Of a stretch of DNA of 64,000 nucleotides, positions 20,162 through 31,215 are shown piece after piece. Position 1 is the stretch's first letter; the number at the start of each line of letters is the position of its first letter. A program made the position numbers and the translations under genes. Source of the stretch: an uncultured archaeon (GTDB taxonomy: Archaea; Asgardarchaeota; Lokiarchaeia; Sigyniarchaeales; SOKP01); contig CAYUTF010000002.1 of the NCBI GenBank assembly GCA_964447495.1, positions 32,001 to 96,000 of the forward strand, read 5' to 3'. The notes below the pieces were generated by a model. That model searched no databases and was not told the DNA's origin. It worked only from the letters and a program-made list of their open reading frames with translations.

Positions 20162-22483
20162 ATGAAAAAAATCAATTTATTATCAAAAATAAAAGGTTAT
20201 TTAAAGCCAATCATCAAGAAAATTATTTTTAAGGAGATTTATATTGAGGGCAAAGAACCCCCTAAGTCATTTGCATTTGAGAAACGTTTTATAGGTATTT
20301 ATTCGATATTTTTATTCTATTCATTCATCTTATTATTTGCAATTAATTTTCCAGATAATGTCATAATTTATATCGTGACTTTTGGGAACCCCTTTGTGTT
20401 TGGAAATGCTATTGTGGCATTATTTTTATGCCTCTCAGTACTCTTCAGTAATGATAAAATAAGACACTTTATTTTCGAAGAACATACTATGATCAAGCAG
20501 ATAATTTTATATATTGGATTAACAACTGCGTTTTATTTCATATTTTTATCTCTAATAAATATAAATTTGATGAGTTATCTTCTTGGGTTATCTACGTTCT
20601 GGCTTATATTATTAAGTATTCGATTTTTTATGTATTCTCGCAAATTTGCTACTAAAATAGAAGCGCGTTTTATAGAAAAATATTCACTAATGAGAAGGAT
20701 AGGCGCATTTTTAACACCATATTTTATCTTAGCTCTTTTAGTTTTAATAGCTTTGATGTATCGAGGATTATTAGTCTTTATATCATTGGATATGTTTGGA
20801 TCTTATGACCCTACTAGTGCTGTAAACGTATATAACATAGAAATGCGATTAATAATGCCTTTAATTTATTTTAGTTTAATACTTACTTTACTCTTTATTA
20901 TTTTTGAATTTGTTTTTACTCGAAAAAAGGCTGAAACTAAAAGGGCAGGCTTATATGATAACTACACATTTTCTCTAATTGTATTATTTATCTTTTTCTT
21001 TCAGGTTCTACAAGTCACAATTTTTCTTTTATTGAGTCCAGAAACGATATCTACTATAAAGGCCACTGTTAGTTCAACTGGTTCACCTGTTACTTATATC
21101 TTTATATTTGAATTCTTTATTTCAATGTTCTTTCTATATCGTATTGTTAAAAAATTAGGAAAATCAATTGGATGGCAATTATTAATCTTTAAGAGAGATG
21201 GGTTAATTATATTAATTTTAGGGTGTGTTTTTGCTCAAACTTTGAGCCGTTTTTCCTTACAAACCCAAATTCCAAATCAATCCATTACGTTATTAGGAAA
21301 TTTCTTTATGGCTGATAAGTATGTTGTGTCGATAATAATGATTATCTTTCTTGGGTTAACATTGCTGATATATTATCTAAAACCACATGAAACTTCAATG
21401 TTTATTAGGCTGCAAAAAGAAACTATAAATAGAGAAGAGGAAAGCTTGGATATTATCTATAAATTAATAAAAAGTGAATATATAAGAAGAGCAGATGCGT
21501 ATCCTATCGAAATTCTTGAACGAGAATTGATTAAAGCAACAAAATTACCAAAGAATGAAGTATACTCTTTAATTCAAAAACTTACAGATGCAAATATGGA
21601 CGTTTACTTAACTGAAAAAACAGATGATTACGGAATAAAACAAAAAATTATTGATTTTGTGTCTGTCACAGAAAAATTTGACAGTAAAGGAGTTGCGCAA
21701 AAAAAGGCTAAGAAGTTTCTTTCGCAGAGATTATACAAAACTATGGCAAAAAAAAGTCAAACTCATCTTGCATTAAATAATAATTTAAAATCAGAGAAAG
21801 CATCTGATAAATTTCTAAATTCATTAGCAACAGATTTTACTAAAAAACAAAAAGATGATCAAAAAATAAAGCTGAAACAAAATGAAACTGAGATCTCATT
21901 TATTAGAAAAGATATTCCTGAATCATTGAAGGAGTCAATATTAAGTATTCTTAAAAAAGAATATACTTATCGTATTGAAAATGAAGAGAAATACCCTAAT
22001 TTCCTTTTTACAATCTCAGAAATTGCACCTGAAATTCAATTGGAAACGAGGATTAACCCGGGAGAGCTTTATCCTATTTTAGAAAATTTAAATCAAACAG
22101 ATATTGAATTGAAACTTTTAGATAATCCAGAAGAACCAGAAGATAAGATAATTAGCTTTTTTCCTATAGCAGATGATGATTTAACTTATGTCATCTCAAG
22201 TTTTAGACCTGAAGAATATAATAAAATTAAAATAGAAGTTATAAAGAACTTTATTAAGTATTTAGGACGAAAACGAGTAAAAGCTACCCTATCAAAGATA
22301 AAAAAGGAGATATCGAATGATACAGAACAGCAAAAACAATGGAATTTTATATATAGAATTTTATTAGATTATTTCTCTAATTTTGCTGAGCAAATGGAAA
22401 AAGAGAAAAAAGGAGGAGATATTTTAAAGGTTTTTAAGGTATTCCCCTTAAAAGATATTGATATTTTTAGTATTGAACTCTAA
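20162..22483 (+). CDS. Polytopic membrane protein with large soluble C-terminal region
   Basis: ~10 hydrophobic segments, then ~370 aa with two similar units (IKSEYIRR / LKKEYTYR). Confidence 0.7.
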   Translation: MKKINLLSKIKGYLKPIIKKIIFKEIYIEGKEPPKSFAFEKRFIGIYSIFLFYSFILLFAINFPDNVIIYIVTFGNPFVFGNAIVALFLCLSVLFSNDKIRHFIFEEHTMIKQIILYIGLTTAFYFIFLSLININLMSYLLGLSTFWLILLSIRFFMYSRKFATKIEARFIEKYSLMRRIGAFLTPYFILALLVLIALMYRGLLVFISLDMFGSYDPTSAVNVYNIEMRLIMPLIYFSLILTLLFIIFEFVFTRKKAETKRAGLYDNYTFSLIVLFIFFFQVLQVTIFLLLSPETISTIKATVSSTGSPVTYIFIFEFFISMFFLYRIVKKLGKSIGWQLLIFKRDGLIILILGCVFAQTLSRFSLQTQIPNQSITLLGNFFMADKYVVSIIMIIFLGLTLLIYYLKPHETSMFIRLQKETINREEESLDIIYKLIKSEYIRRADAYPIEILERELIKATKLPKNEVYSLIQKLTDANMDVYLTEKTDDYGIKQKIIDFVSVTEKFDSKGVAQKKAKKFLSQRLYKTMAKKSQTHLALNNNLKSEKASDKFLNSLATDFTKKQKDDQKIKLKQNETEISFIRKDIPESLKESILSILKKEYTYRIENEEKYPNFLFTISEIAPEIQLETRINPGELYPILENLNQTDIELKLLDNPEEPEDKIISFFPIADDDLTYVISSFRPEEYNKIKIEVIKNFIKYLGRKRVKATLSKIKKEISNDTEQQKQWNFIYRILLDYFSNFAEQMEKEKKGGDILKVFKVFPLKDIDIFSIEL

Positions 22484-22592
22484 TATTTCCATTAATATCT
22501 TAATAAAGTAATTAAAAGCAAAATTCAAGAAAGAAAAATAATTTATCTCTATCAATTTTTTCAGTATGATATGAAATTATCTCGTGGGATAA

Positions 22593-23864
22593 GTGATTAA
22601 AAAGCAATCTTTAAGAGTCTTTACAGGTATTTCTTCATTTCAATTCTTAGCAATGTTTAGAAGAGGCTTATTCTATACGTATCTGTCTATTTATTTAAGA
22701 GATTTCCTACACTTATCCGTTTGGCAGACGACCTTGTATGCCACTCTTCCCATGATTATGAGTGTCATATTTCAAAATTTTGCATGGGGTCCCTTAAGTG
22801 ATAAGCTGCAAAAGCGTAGATCTTTTATTTTATTAGGAGAAGTTTTAGCAGGAATAGGTACAACTTTAGTGTGGTTTATACATTCAATATTTATTGATTT
22901 TTTTGTTGCTGGTTTTGTAATTATTATAGGCTTATCATGTATTGAGATTTTCTGGAGCATGTCAAATATAGGATGGAGCGCCTTAATAAGCGATCTTTAC
23001 CCATTAAAAAAGAGAAGTAAAATCATGGGAGAGTTAACTAGTATTGGTGGTATAGGTCGTATTATTGGTATTTCCATTGGCGGATATCTCTATGATAGCG
23101 GTTTTGGATTTCGAAATGGGCCCTTGTTCTTTATTGCATCCCTTATAATGTTCTTATCTACTATCCCAATGTTTTTCACACCAGAAGGAGGGATTAAGAT
23201 TAGTAGAGATCCAATTTTAGAAGAGAATAATGTGAGTAACAATCATACTAATTACAAGACTATCTTTATCATTTTTATTGTCGCCTTAATTTTTGTAAAT
23301 TTTGGCCGAAATTCTATTGCTACAATTTATAGCCAATATTTAATCTTAGATGGCGGGTTTAATGTCGATAGTATATTATTGAGTTATATCGCTAATACTC
23401 GATCAGTTGCGGTATTAATAATAGGAGTTAGTGCTGGAGGATTAAGCAAGAGATTTGGAGATTCGAAAACATTCATTTTGGGGATTTTATTTGCTATTCT
23501 CGCACTTCTCATTACTGGATTAACTCCTGAATTACTTTTTATTTTTATTGGGAGTTTTCTAATAGGTACTGCAGAAGTTATCATATCTGCATCATCATAT
23601 ACTATTGCATCCAACCTTATTCCACCAAAAATTCGCGGTAAATTATTTGGTGTATATAATGCTACTTTCTTCCTTTCTTGGGGCTTAGCTTGCACCTTAA
23701 TATCGGGGCCTCTTATAGATTTTTTAATCAATCAAGGGATTAATGAAGTACTTGCCTATCAATCTGCCTTTATTGTAGGGGCATTAATAACCTCAATTGG
23801 ACTTATAATATATATAATTTTAGAAATTTGGCTAAATATTAGAAAGAAAAAGAAAGACCTATAA
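22593..23864 (+). CDS. MFS transporter
   Basis: GPLSDKLQKRR and GGLSKRFG motif-A-like loops; ~12 TM. Confidence 0.9.
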   Translation: MIKKQSLRVFTGISSFQFLAMFRRGLFYTYLSIYLRDFLHLSVWQTTLYATLPMIMSVIFQNFAWGPLSDKLQKRRSFILLGEVLAGIGTTLVWFIHSIFIDFFVAGFVIIIGLSCIEIFWSMSNIGWSALISDLYPLKKRSKIMGELTSIGGIGRIIGISIGGYLYDSGFGFRNGPLFFIASLIMFLSTIPMFFTPEGGIKISRDPILEENNVSNNHTNYKTIFIIFIVALIFVNFGRNSIATIYSQYLILDGGFNVDSILLSYIANTRSVAVLIIGVSAGGLSKRFGDSKTFILGILFAILALLITGLTPELLFIFIGSFLIGTAEVIISASSYTIASNLIPPKIRGKLFGVYNATFFLSWGLACTLISGPLIDFLINQGINEVLAYQSAFIVGALITSIGLIIYIILEIWLNIRKKKKDL

Positions 23865-23916
23865 CTTAACGAGTAAAATTAGATTAAATTAAAAATAGAA
23901 ATTAAAAAAAATATTA

Positions 23917-24087
23917 TTATTTACAACAATTTTCACACACATACTCATCTAATCGGATATATCCGCAAGTGGGACCCATATAACATTCAAATGCATTTGA
24001 TTCCTCATTATAAGTCATAGTGTATCCACAGTGCATGGGTATTGTTTCGCTTACTTTTCCACATTTCGTACATTTTAACTCTGTCAT
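23917..24087 (-). CDS. Small Cys-rich metal-binding protein, 56 aa (not in ORF track)
   Basis: GAGGTGA SD; MTELKCTKCG...PMHCG...CYMGPTCG...CENCCK; resembles the C-terminal domain of the upstream CopA. Confidence 0.8.
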   Translation of the reverse strand: MTELKCTKCGKVSETIPMHCGYTMTYNEESNAFECYMGPTCGYIRLDEYVCENCCK

Positions 24088-24108
24088 TATTTATCACCTC
24101 TCACAATT

Positions 24109-27108
24109 CTATTTAATGAGTTTCATGGGCTTTCCATGATGTTTTGGCACAGGTACATTACCACATGAAGCACCCATCCAGCAAACTAACTGATCTCCTT
24201 CCTTATGCATGGGTTTTCCGCAATGCATAGGCACATCTTGCTCAAGTCCACATTCTTCACATTTTAATTTTGACATACTTTTATCATTCTCTTTTTTTTT
24301 ATTTAGTTCAATATATTTTTCAGGATTGTTTTTAAATTCTGCTCTACATGATTCACTGCAAAAATAGTATTTCTTCCCATTTAATTCATACTCAATCCAA
24401 TCTTCTGGCTTCCCTTTCATGCCACATACAGGATCAGTAACTAATTCAGATTCCTCACTCATCATCTGCATTAATTTAGGATTCATGTTATCATAGTTTT
24501 TAAATTTCTCAGGCTCTCTTTTGAAATGTGCTTCACAATTAGGACTACAAAAATGATATAATTTATCCTCATATACGTATTCAATCGCACGGCGGGGCTC
24601 AATTTTCATACCACATACAGGATCAACAACCTTTTCTTGGGATAATAATATTCGTTCCTCTTCAACTTGTAATGGAGTCTTTGGTTCGTATCTTTTCAGA
24701 AGCAGCGCATTTGCTACTACTGAAACTGAACTGGAAGCCATAAAAACCGCTGCTAAATAGGGAGGCAAAAAGAATCCAGTGACATAATATAAAACTCCTG
24801 CTGCAATTGGTATACCTATTAGATTATATATAAATGCCCAGAATAAATTGGTTAACATTTTCTTGTAGGTTTTTTTAGATAAATTAATCGCAGCTACAAC
24901 ATTTCTTAAGTCTCCGCGCATTAAAACGATATCTGCTGTTTCTATAGCTATATCTGTACCTGAACCAATCGCAATCCCGACATCAGCTTGAGCCAATGCA
25001 GGAGCATCATTGATTCCATCCCCGACCATTGCAACTACTGCTTTTTTATATTCCTGCAATTTTTTAATAGTCTCGGCTTTTTCGTTAGGAAGAACTTCTG
25101 CTAAGATATTATTTTCTTCTATTCCTAGTTGCTTTCCAATGCTTAAACCAGTTTTTTTATTATCCCCAGTTATCATATAAATCTTAAGTCCCTTTTCCTT
25201 TAATTTTTCGAGTGTATAGAATGCCTGGTCTTTGATTTTATCTGAAATACCAATAACTCCCCGTAATTTATTGTCAACACTGATTAAAATTGAAGTCACT
25301 CCGTCTTCTTGGAATTCATTTAATTTTGAATGGTATTTATCTATGGAAACGTTATTCTCAAGCATTAATTTTTCATTACCGACAATGACCTCTTCATCAT
25401 TTATTTTTGCGATGATTCCTTTTCCCGGTTTCGCATCAAATTCATTAGGAGTTTCTAAGACTAATCCTCTTTGATTAGCTTCCTCTATTATTGCACGAGC
25501 TAATGGATGTTCAGAACCCATTTCAGCACTACCCGCAGCGAATAAGACCTTTCGTTCGTCAAATCCGTCTCCATTTAATTCTTTCTCAGTGAAAATTTTT
25601 GAAACTCTTGGTTTCCCGACAGTTAAAGTTCCAGTTTTATCGAAAACAATGGTGTTAACCGAATTAATTGCTTCCAATGAGTCTCCTCCTTTGAGTAAGA
25701 TCCCATTTTCCGCTCCTTTCCCTGTTCCCACCATTATAGCAGTTGGAATTGCTAAGCCTAGGGCACATGGACATGAAATTACAACAACAGAAGTAAATAC
25801 AAGTAAGGATAATTCTAAACGTTGGGAAAATTCCATATCGTTAAATGCTATAAAAAACCAATATAAAAACGCCCCAATAGCAATTAAAACTACAGTTGGT
25901 ACAAAATAATTGCTAACTTTATCGGCGAGTCTTTGTTTTGCCGCCTTTTTACTTTGTGCTTCCTTTACAAAGTCAATAATTTGGAACAGAAGAGTGTCTT
26001 TCCCTATTCGTTCAGATACTACATTTATTAGCCCAGTTTGATTCACTGTTGCCCCAATTACTTCACTATCAACTTCCTTTTTTACATATTGACTTTCACC
26101 GGTAATCATCGACTCATCAATTTTAGATTTTCCTTTTACTACTCTCCCATCGACAGGGATTTTCTCACCGGGTCTCACAATTAAAATATCTCCAACTTCA
26201 ATCTCTTCTATAGGAATCTCTAATTCTTTTCCATCTTTTAACAACGTTGCTGTCTTAGGTTGTAAGCCAATAAGTTTTTTTATTGCCTCAGATGTTTGCC
26301 CTTTTGTCTTTTGTTCAAAATATTTCCCAATTAATAGGAATGATAAAATCATTGACATTGCTTCATAAAATGTTTTTCCATCAATGAAGAAAGTTGTTAA
26401 TATTGAATAGACTAAGGCAGTAGTAGTTCCTAACGCAACTAAAACATCCATATTTGTTGATTTATTTTTTAATGATTTGTATGCTCCTATAAGAAAAAAA
26501 GAACCTGCAATACTATAATTGCCTAAAGCTAAGAAAAAAAGTACAATATTCCTAATAAAAGATTCTGCTACCCACCAGCTTATTGGAGTAATAACCAGAG
26601 TAAAACTTAAAGATATCAATAAGATTCGAAGCCTATATCTCATTTCTTTTTTATGTTTTTCAATTTCCTTATCAATAGCCCCTGCTGCTTTTTCGATATT
26701 ATAACCCAATTTCTTAATATTCGTATATATTTTATTTTCATCAATTTTTAATTCATTGAATTCAATGAATAATTTAGATGCCACAAAATTTCCTCGAACA
26801 TTATATATCCCCTCAATTAATTTAACATTACTAATTAGTGAATTAAAAGCATTCTCATCAAGGGGATCATTAATTTTAATATCCACTTTTGCTAAAGTTG
26901 ATTTATAACCTAAATCACGAATAGCTTTATCAAATTCTCCATAATTTGTTAATTTATCATTATATTCTACTGTCGCTTCCTCATTCGCGAAATTTACCAC
27001 GGAACTAGAAACTCCTGGCATATCTTTAAGTTTTGTTTCAATTTTTAAAGCACATGATGCACAAGTCATTCCGCCAAGCTTGATTTTAATTTTTTCTGGA
27101 GATTCCAG
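24109..27108 (-). CDS. copA: Cu(I)-translocating P1B-ATPase with N-terminal HMA, two C-terminal YHS/TRASH domains and a Cys/His tail; start probably CTG at 27108
   Basis: [33 protein letters not shown], two DPVCGM. Confidence 0.92.
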   Translation of the reverse strand: MESPEKIKIKLGGMTCASCALKIETKLKDMPGVSSSVVNFANEEATVEYNDKLTNYGEFDKAIRDLGYKSTLAKVDIKINDPLDENAFNSLISNVKLIEGIYNVRGNFVASKLFIEFNELKIDENKIYTNIKKLGYNIEKAAGAIDKEIEKHKKEMRYRLRILLISLSFTLVITPISWWVAESFIRNIVLFFLALGNYSIAGSFFLIGAYKSLKNKSTNMDVLVALGTTTALVYSILTTFFIDGKTFYEAMSMILSFLLIGKYFEQKTKGQTSEAIKKLIGLQPKTATLLKDGKELEIPIEEIEVGDILIVRPGEKIPVDGRVVKGKSKIDESMITGESQYVKKEVDSEVIGATVNQTGLINVVSERIGKDTLLFQIIDFVKEAQSKKAAKQRLADKVSNYFVPTVVLIAIGAFLYWFFIAFNDMEFSQRLELSLLVFTSVVVISCPCALGLAIPTAIMVGTGKGAENGILLKGGDSLEAINSVNTIVFDKTGTLTVGKPRVSKIFTEKELNGDGFDERKVLFAAGSAEMGSEHPLARAIIEEANQRGLVLETPNEFDAKPGKGIIAKINDEEVIVGNEKLMLENNVSIDKYHSKLNEFQEDGVTSILISVDNKLRGVIGISDKIKDQAFYTLEKLKEKGLKIYMITGDNKKTGLSIGKQLGIEENNILAEVLPNEKAETIKKLQEYKKAVVAMVGDGINDAPALAQADVGIAIGSGTDIAIETADIVLMRGDLRNVVAAINLSKKTYKKMLTNLFWAFIYNLIGIPIAAGVLYYVTGFFLPPYLAAVFMASSSVSVVANALLLKRYEPKTPLQVEEERILLSQEKVVDPVCGMKIEPRRAIEYVYEDKLYHFCSPNCEAHFKREPEKFKNYDNMNPKLMQMMSEESELVTDPVCGMKGKPEDWIEYELNGKKYYFCSESCRAEFKNNPEKYIELNKKKENDKSMSKLKCEECGLEQDVPMHCGKPMHKEGDQLVCWMGASCGNVPVPKHHGKPMKLIK

Positions 27109-27268
27109 ATTTAATCACCTTATAAAATAATCCTACTCTAAAAATAGATAATACAATAAAAATAGCTATTGCTTATAATTTGAAATACATCCGAATTATT
27201 TACAAATAATAAGTACTACTAAGGGAGAGATTTCATTTAAAGTATTACTATATTTAAAATAGAGACTC

Positions 27269-27655
27269 TTAGCTCTTATTTTGTTTAGAAAAATATTTCT
27301 GAATTGCATCATGTAAAGCATCAGCTGCTAAATTGCTGCAGTGGAGCTTTATAGGAGGTAATCCGCCCAATGAGTCAGCAACATCATCTCTTGTTATTTT
27401 ATTAGCTTCTTCTAAAGTTTTTCCTTTAGCTAATTCAGTAATCATTGACGATGTAGCTATGGCTGCGGCACAGCCAAATGTTTGAAAGGAAATATCATTA
27501 ATAATTTTCTTTCCTTCCTTCTCTTTGACCTTAATATATATATACATAAGATCTCCGCAAACAGGGTTCCCAAACTCGCCCACAACATCTGCATCCTTCA
27601 TTTCTCCAATATTCCGAGGATTTTTGAAATGATCCAATACTTTATCTGAGTACAA
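27269..27655 (-). CDS. iscU: Fe-S scaffold IscU/NifU-N
   Basis: YSDKVLDHFKNPRN, GNPVCGD, FGCAAA, KLHCSNLA. Confidence 0.92.
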   Translation of the reverse strand: MYSDKVLDHFKNPRNIGEMKDADVVGEFGNPVCGDLMYIYIKVKEKEGKKIINDISFQTFGCAAAIATSSMITELAKGKTLEEANKITRDDVADSLGGLPPIKLHCSNLAADALHDAIQKYFSKQNKS

Positions 27656-27729
27656 TGTTGCTAACCTTCTTTAATTTAATGAATGTCAAATGTGTAATGT
27701 AAAATTCTAATATTATATTGATATTGTAT

Positions 27730-30012
27730 TTAATTTAAAATTAATAATTTTCTTTTCTGAGGTAATGATACCTTCTCTACACCTAATTCTTTCACATAGT
27801 CTACAACGTCTATTAGATTTTTAGCAGACTGATGAAAAAAGCATACTTCTTTCGGTTCAAGGTTTTCAATCATTTTTGTGAGTTGTTTTTTATCAGAGTG
27901 TAGGATAATTTTTAACTGAGGAACAAAAGTATTTATTAATAGTGCTCTGAAGGGGACTTTCCATGTTTCTGAAAATGTAATTTCATCGCTTCCAGAAATT
28001 AAAGCTTGTCCAGGTTCTTCATGAATAGAGCCTGCGAGATAGACTAAATTATGTGGATTCCTTCCAATGATATTAATAATGTTTCGAATAATCCCATAGG
28101 AGAGATCAGGAGGATGACTTATAATAATATTATTCTTTTTTCTTAAAAATTCTAAATCCGTTACGTCAAACCACCGAAATTTTATACTATTAAAAGGATT
28201 CGCTTTATCTCGTATGAGGTTAGAAATTGGTCCGTAAATATATTCATAGCGATGATTTATAACTTGAATATTTTTCTTTACCATCATATCGACATAAATA
28301 TTGGGTCTATTTTTAAAATTCTTTCTTATTTGTAGTTTTCTAAAATATCTCCAAAAGATTAACATGAAAGTAATTGCTAAACTTGAAGGGTCAGCTCCGA
28401 TTAACACACTATCCTCATATTCTGCTTTTTGTTCCAAGAATAATATTAAACTGTGAAATGTTTCAGATATATCTCCGTAATCTTCCATTGCACAGGTTCC
28501 ATCTATTAGAAGATAATCAATAGGTTTCGAAATTTGTCCTAAAAATCTTCTTGTTCCAGCAAACGGGGTTATATCATAATAAGTGTAATCCCCTGTATAT
28601 AGAAAACGGAAATCCTTGACTTTTGCTAATATCATTAGTGCGCCAGGCATGTGACCCGCATGGTAGAAAGAAAGATAACATCCCTTCTCCTTGAATTTTA
28701 CCTTCGAACCGTTTTCTACATAAATAACATTTCTAACTATATTTTGATATTCCTCTTCCTCTATATTTGTATGTGATTCTTGCTTCAAAAAGTTAGAATC
28801 GCGAAGTAAATATAAATCCAAAGTTATTCTTGAGCATAAAATTGGAATATCAGGAAAAGTTTTTATGAGTTGTTTTAATCCAGAGATATGATCGTAATGG
28901 CTATGTGATAAAAATATTGCATCTATCTCAGAATTTACTTGTTCAAAGTTAATATCTTTTTCTAGTTCCAATTGACTCCTTTTTTTCTCAGCATCAGCCA
29001 GAAGTTTTGAAAAATTAACTAAATATTCTTGTATATAGTTGAAATCACCTTCTTTATCCTCTTCTTCTTTTGGTTCAGAGAGACCGCAATCTAATAAAAT
29101 ATTGAGCTTTCCTAATCCTAAGATATGACAGTTATGATTTGGTTTCAATACAATAGGATATATTGTAACTCTTATCTTTTCAGAATCACTTTCCCCATTA
29201 TTTAAAGAAATATTTTCAAAGTATGATTCATTATATCTCTTCTCGATTTTATCAATAGCAAGTGAGATTTCACTACCTCCAACAGGGACGCCTGTTATGT
29301 AAAAATACCAGCCATATTTATTTACTATCTCCTTTAAATTTTCATACATCACGTCTGCAATTAAAGATTTTACCACAATAACTCTTTTTTCTTGATAATA
29401 TATTATTTTTTTTATTGATTTCTTCTCCTTTTCAGGAATAGTTTGGTTCTTATAAAAGAGATCATCGAGGACTTCTTTAATGGGCATTTGAGGGATTTTT
29501 TCTGATTCTAAAACTCGTTTGTAAGCAAAATATTCTTTAGTATTGTATAAAGCCCGCATATTTCGTTTTTCTTTTAAACTAATTGTATTATCGTTGAACT
29601 GGTATTTTTCGGTGAGTATAGTTTCTTCTTCTTTATGGATTTGAGCTTTTTTTTGCTTCTTCTTTTCAGCTTTTAAAACATAAAAATACCATCCATACAT
29701 TTGAATTAATTTATCCCGATTATAGATGAAATCTTTTCCAGATTTAGTAATGGGTATAATAGTTCTATGTTTTTCTGAAAATATTATTCTAGAAATTGAT
29801 TTTTTTGTTTTTTCAGAAATAAGATTATTTTTTACAAAGAGATGTTCTATTACTTCCTTTATAGGTTTTTGAAGGATATTTTTTTGTTCCATTAATTTTA
29901 GTTTATTGGAATATGATTTAGTTTTAAAAGAGACATCAGATATGTCTTTTTCTTCTAAATTAATTGTATAATCCGAAAATTTTAATTCCTCACTAACCAT
30001 TAAATAGATCAA
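27730..30012 (-). CDS. MBL-fold/beta-CASP-like ribonuclease with duplicated N-terminal domain
   Basis: LLDCG, SHSHYDH, AGHMPGA, YTGDY; two ~100 aa N-terminal repeats ending YGWYFY. Confidence 0.78.
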   Translation of the reverse strand: MIYLMVSEELKFSDYTINLEEKDISDVSFKTKSYSNKLKLMEQKNILQKPIKEVIEHLFVKNNLISEKTKKSISRIIFSEKHRTIIPITKSGKDFIYNRDKLIQMYGWYFYVLKAEKKKQKKAQIHKEEETILTEKYQFNDNTISLKEKRNMRALYNTKEYFAYKRVLESEKIPQMPIKEVLDDLFYKNQTIPEKEKKSIKKIIYYQEKRVIVVKSLIADVMYENLKEIVNKYGWYFYITGVPVGGSEISLAIDKIEKRYNESYFENISLNNGESDSEKIRVTIYPIVLKPNHNCHILGLGKLNILLDCGLSEPKEEEDKEGDFNYIQEYLVNFSKLLADAEKKRSQLELEKDINFEQVNSEIDAIFLSHSHYDHISGLKQLIKTFPDIPILCSRITLDLYLLRDSNFLKQESHTNIEEEEYQNIVRNVIYVENGSKVKFKEKGCYLSFYHAGHMPGALMILAKVKDFRFLYTGDYTYYDITPFAGTRRFLGQISKPIDYLLIDGTCAMEDYGDISETFHSLILFLEQKAEYEDSVLIGADPSSLAITFMLIFWRYFRKLQIRKNFKNRPNIYVDMMVKKNIQVINHRYEYIYGPISNLIRDKANPFNSIKFRWFDVTDLEFLRKKNNIIISHPPDLSYGIIRNIINIIGRNPHNLVYLAGSIHEEPGQALISGSDEITFSETWKVPFRALLINTFVPQLKIILHSDKKQLTKMIENLEPKEVCFFHQSAKNLIDVVDYVKELGVEKVSLPQKRKLLILN

Positions 30013-30063
30013 ATTATCTTAACAAAAAATTGTTACGAATTTTTCATATTTTTTATTTATCAC

Positions 30064-30642
30064 TTAAACCTTTCGTCTTTTAAATAAAAGCCAACGAGTT
30101 CTTTCTCTTGGAGGAAAATTACCTCCATCAACAGAACTTACTTGTTCAATAGAAATAAAAGCTTTGGGATTATTCTTTCTAATGATACTTAAAACTTTGG
30201 GAAGATTTTTACGTTTAATAATTAACATAACTAATTTAACCATTCCCTTTGTCCCTTCAGCAGTCATAGTAGTTAATCCATATCCTTTTTCTCTTAAAAT
30301 ATTGATTAATTTTTCTGGATTTTCTTTAACTATTAAATGAAGATTTAATAATCCTAATGAAATTTTATTTTCGATCATTAAACCCACATAATTTCCCGTT
30401 GCAAAACCTCCCGCATATGCAAAATAATAGATTATATTTGTTAAATCGCTGAATATTTGTCCAATTGCTAGTAACCATATTAAAATCTCAAAAAATCCCA
30501 CAATGGGAGCTAATTTTTTCCTACCTTGTGAAATAAACACTATTCTTAAAGTTCCTAATGTTACATCAGCAACCCGAGCGAAAAAAATAAGTATTGGTAA
30601 AATAATCAAAGAAAATATTGGATTTTCAAATAAAAATAACAT
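30064..30642 (-). CDS. DUF2179/DUF5698-type membrane protein
   Basis: RVADVTLGTLR, GFFEILIW, YAGGFATGNYVG. Confidence 0.85.
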   Translation of the reverse strand: MLFLFENPIFSLIILPILIFFARVADVTLGTLRIVFISQGRKKLAPIVGFFEILIWLLAIGQIFSDLTNIIYYFAYAGGFATGNYVGLMIENKISLGLLNLHLIVKENPEKLINILREKGYGLTTMTAEGTKGMVKLVMLIIKRKNLPKVLSIIRKNNPKAFISIEQVSSVDGGNFPPRERTRWLLFKRRKV

Positions 30643-30721
30643 AAGTAATCAAATAATAACATCCTAATAGATATTAAATAAAAATTATCAGGAAAAAAAT
30701 ACTTTATGAACAAAAAAAAGA

Positions 30722-31147
30722 TTATTTTTGCTTTGAAAAAACAGTATTTTTTAAGATTGTTTTTAATTCATTAAGAGGATAACCTTTACTTTCTAAATCA
30801 GTTACAACATTAGCAGTACTAAGAGCGTTTAGCATCTCTTTTTGGTTTTCTTTTGAAAGTTCTACACCTATTTCAGTTGGTAATGATTTCTCAGTATATG
30901 CTATTTCATTTAGTTCCATAAATCTAGGCATTATGAATTTCTCTAATTTTTCACTAAACTTTGATGATATAGTTGATGATACTGACATTAAATCAATTGC
31001 TTCTACAAACACGTTAATTAGATTTTTGTTTACTTTAATAATTCCATATTCTTGCCCTTTTTTCTTAAATTCACTTTTTATATAAATGATATCATTTACT
31101 ATCGAATTATATTTATAAGTATATTGATTCATTTTTTCATCACCCAA
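30722..31147 (-). CDS. Hypothetical protein
   Basis: 141 aa ORF co-oriented with neighbours. Confidence 0.6.
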   Translation of the reverse strand: MGDEKMNQYTYKYNSIVNDIIYIKSEFKKKGQEYGIIKVNKNLINVFVEAIDLMSVSSTISSKFSEKLEKFIMPRFMELNEIAYTEKSLPTEIGVELSKENQKEMLNALSTANVVTDLESKGYPLNELKTILKNTVFSKQK

Positions 31148-31215
31148 GAAAATAGTTCTCTGGTTTTTAATAATAACATCTTTTTTTTAAAATTTTTTAT
31201 TATAAAATTATTCTT

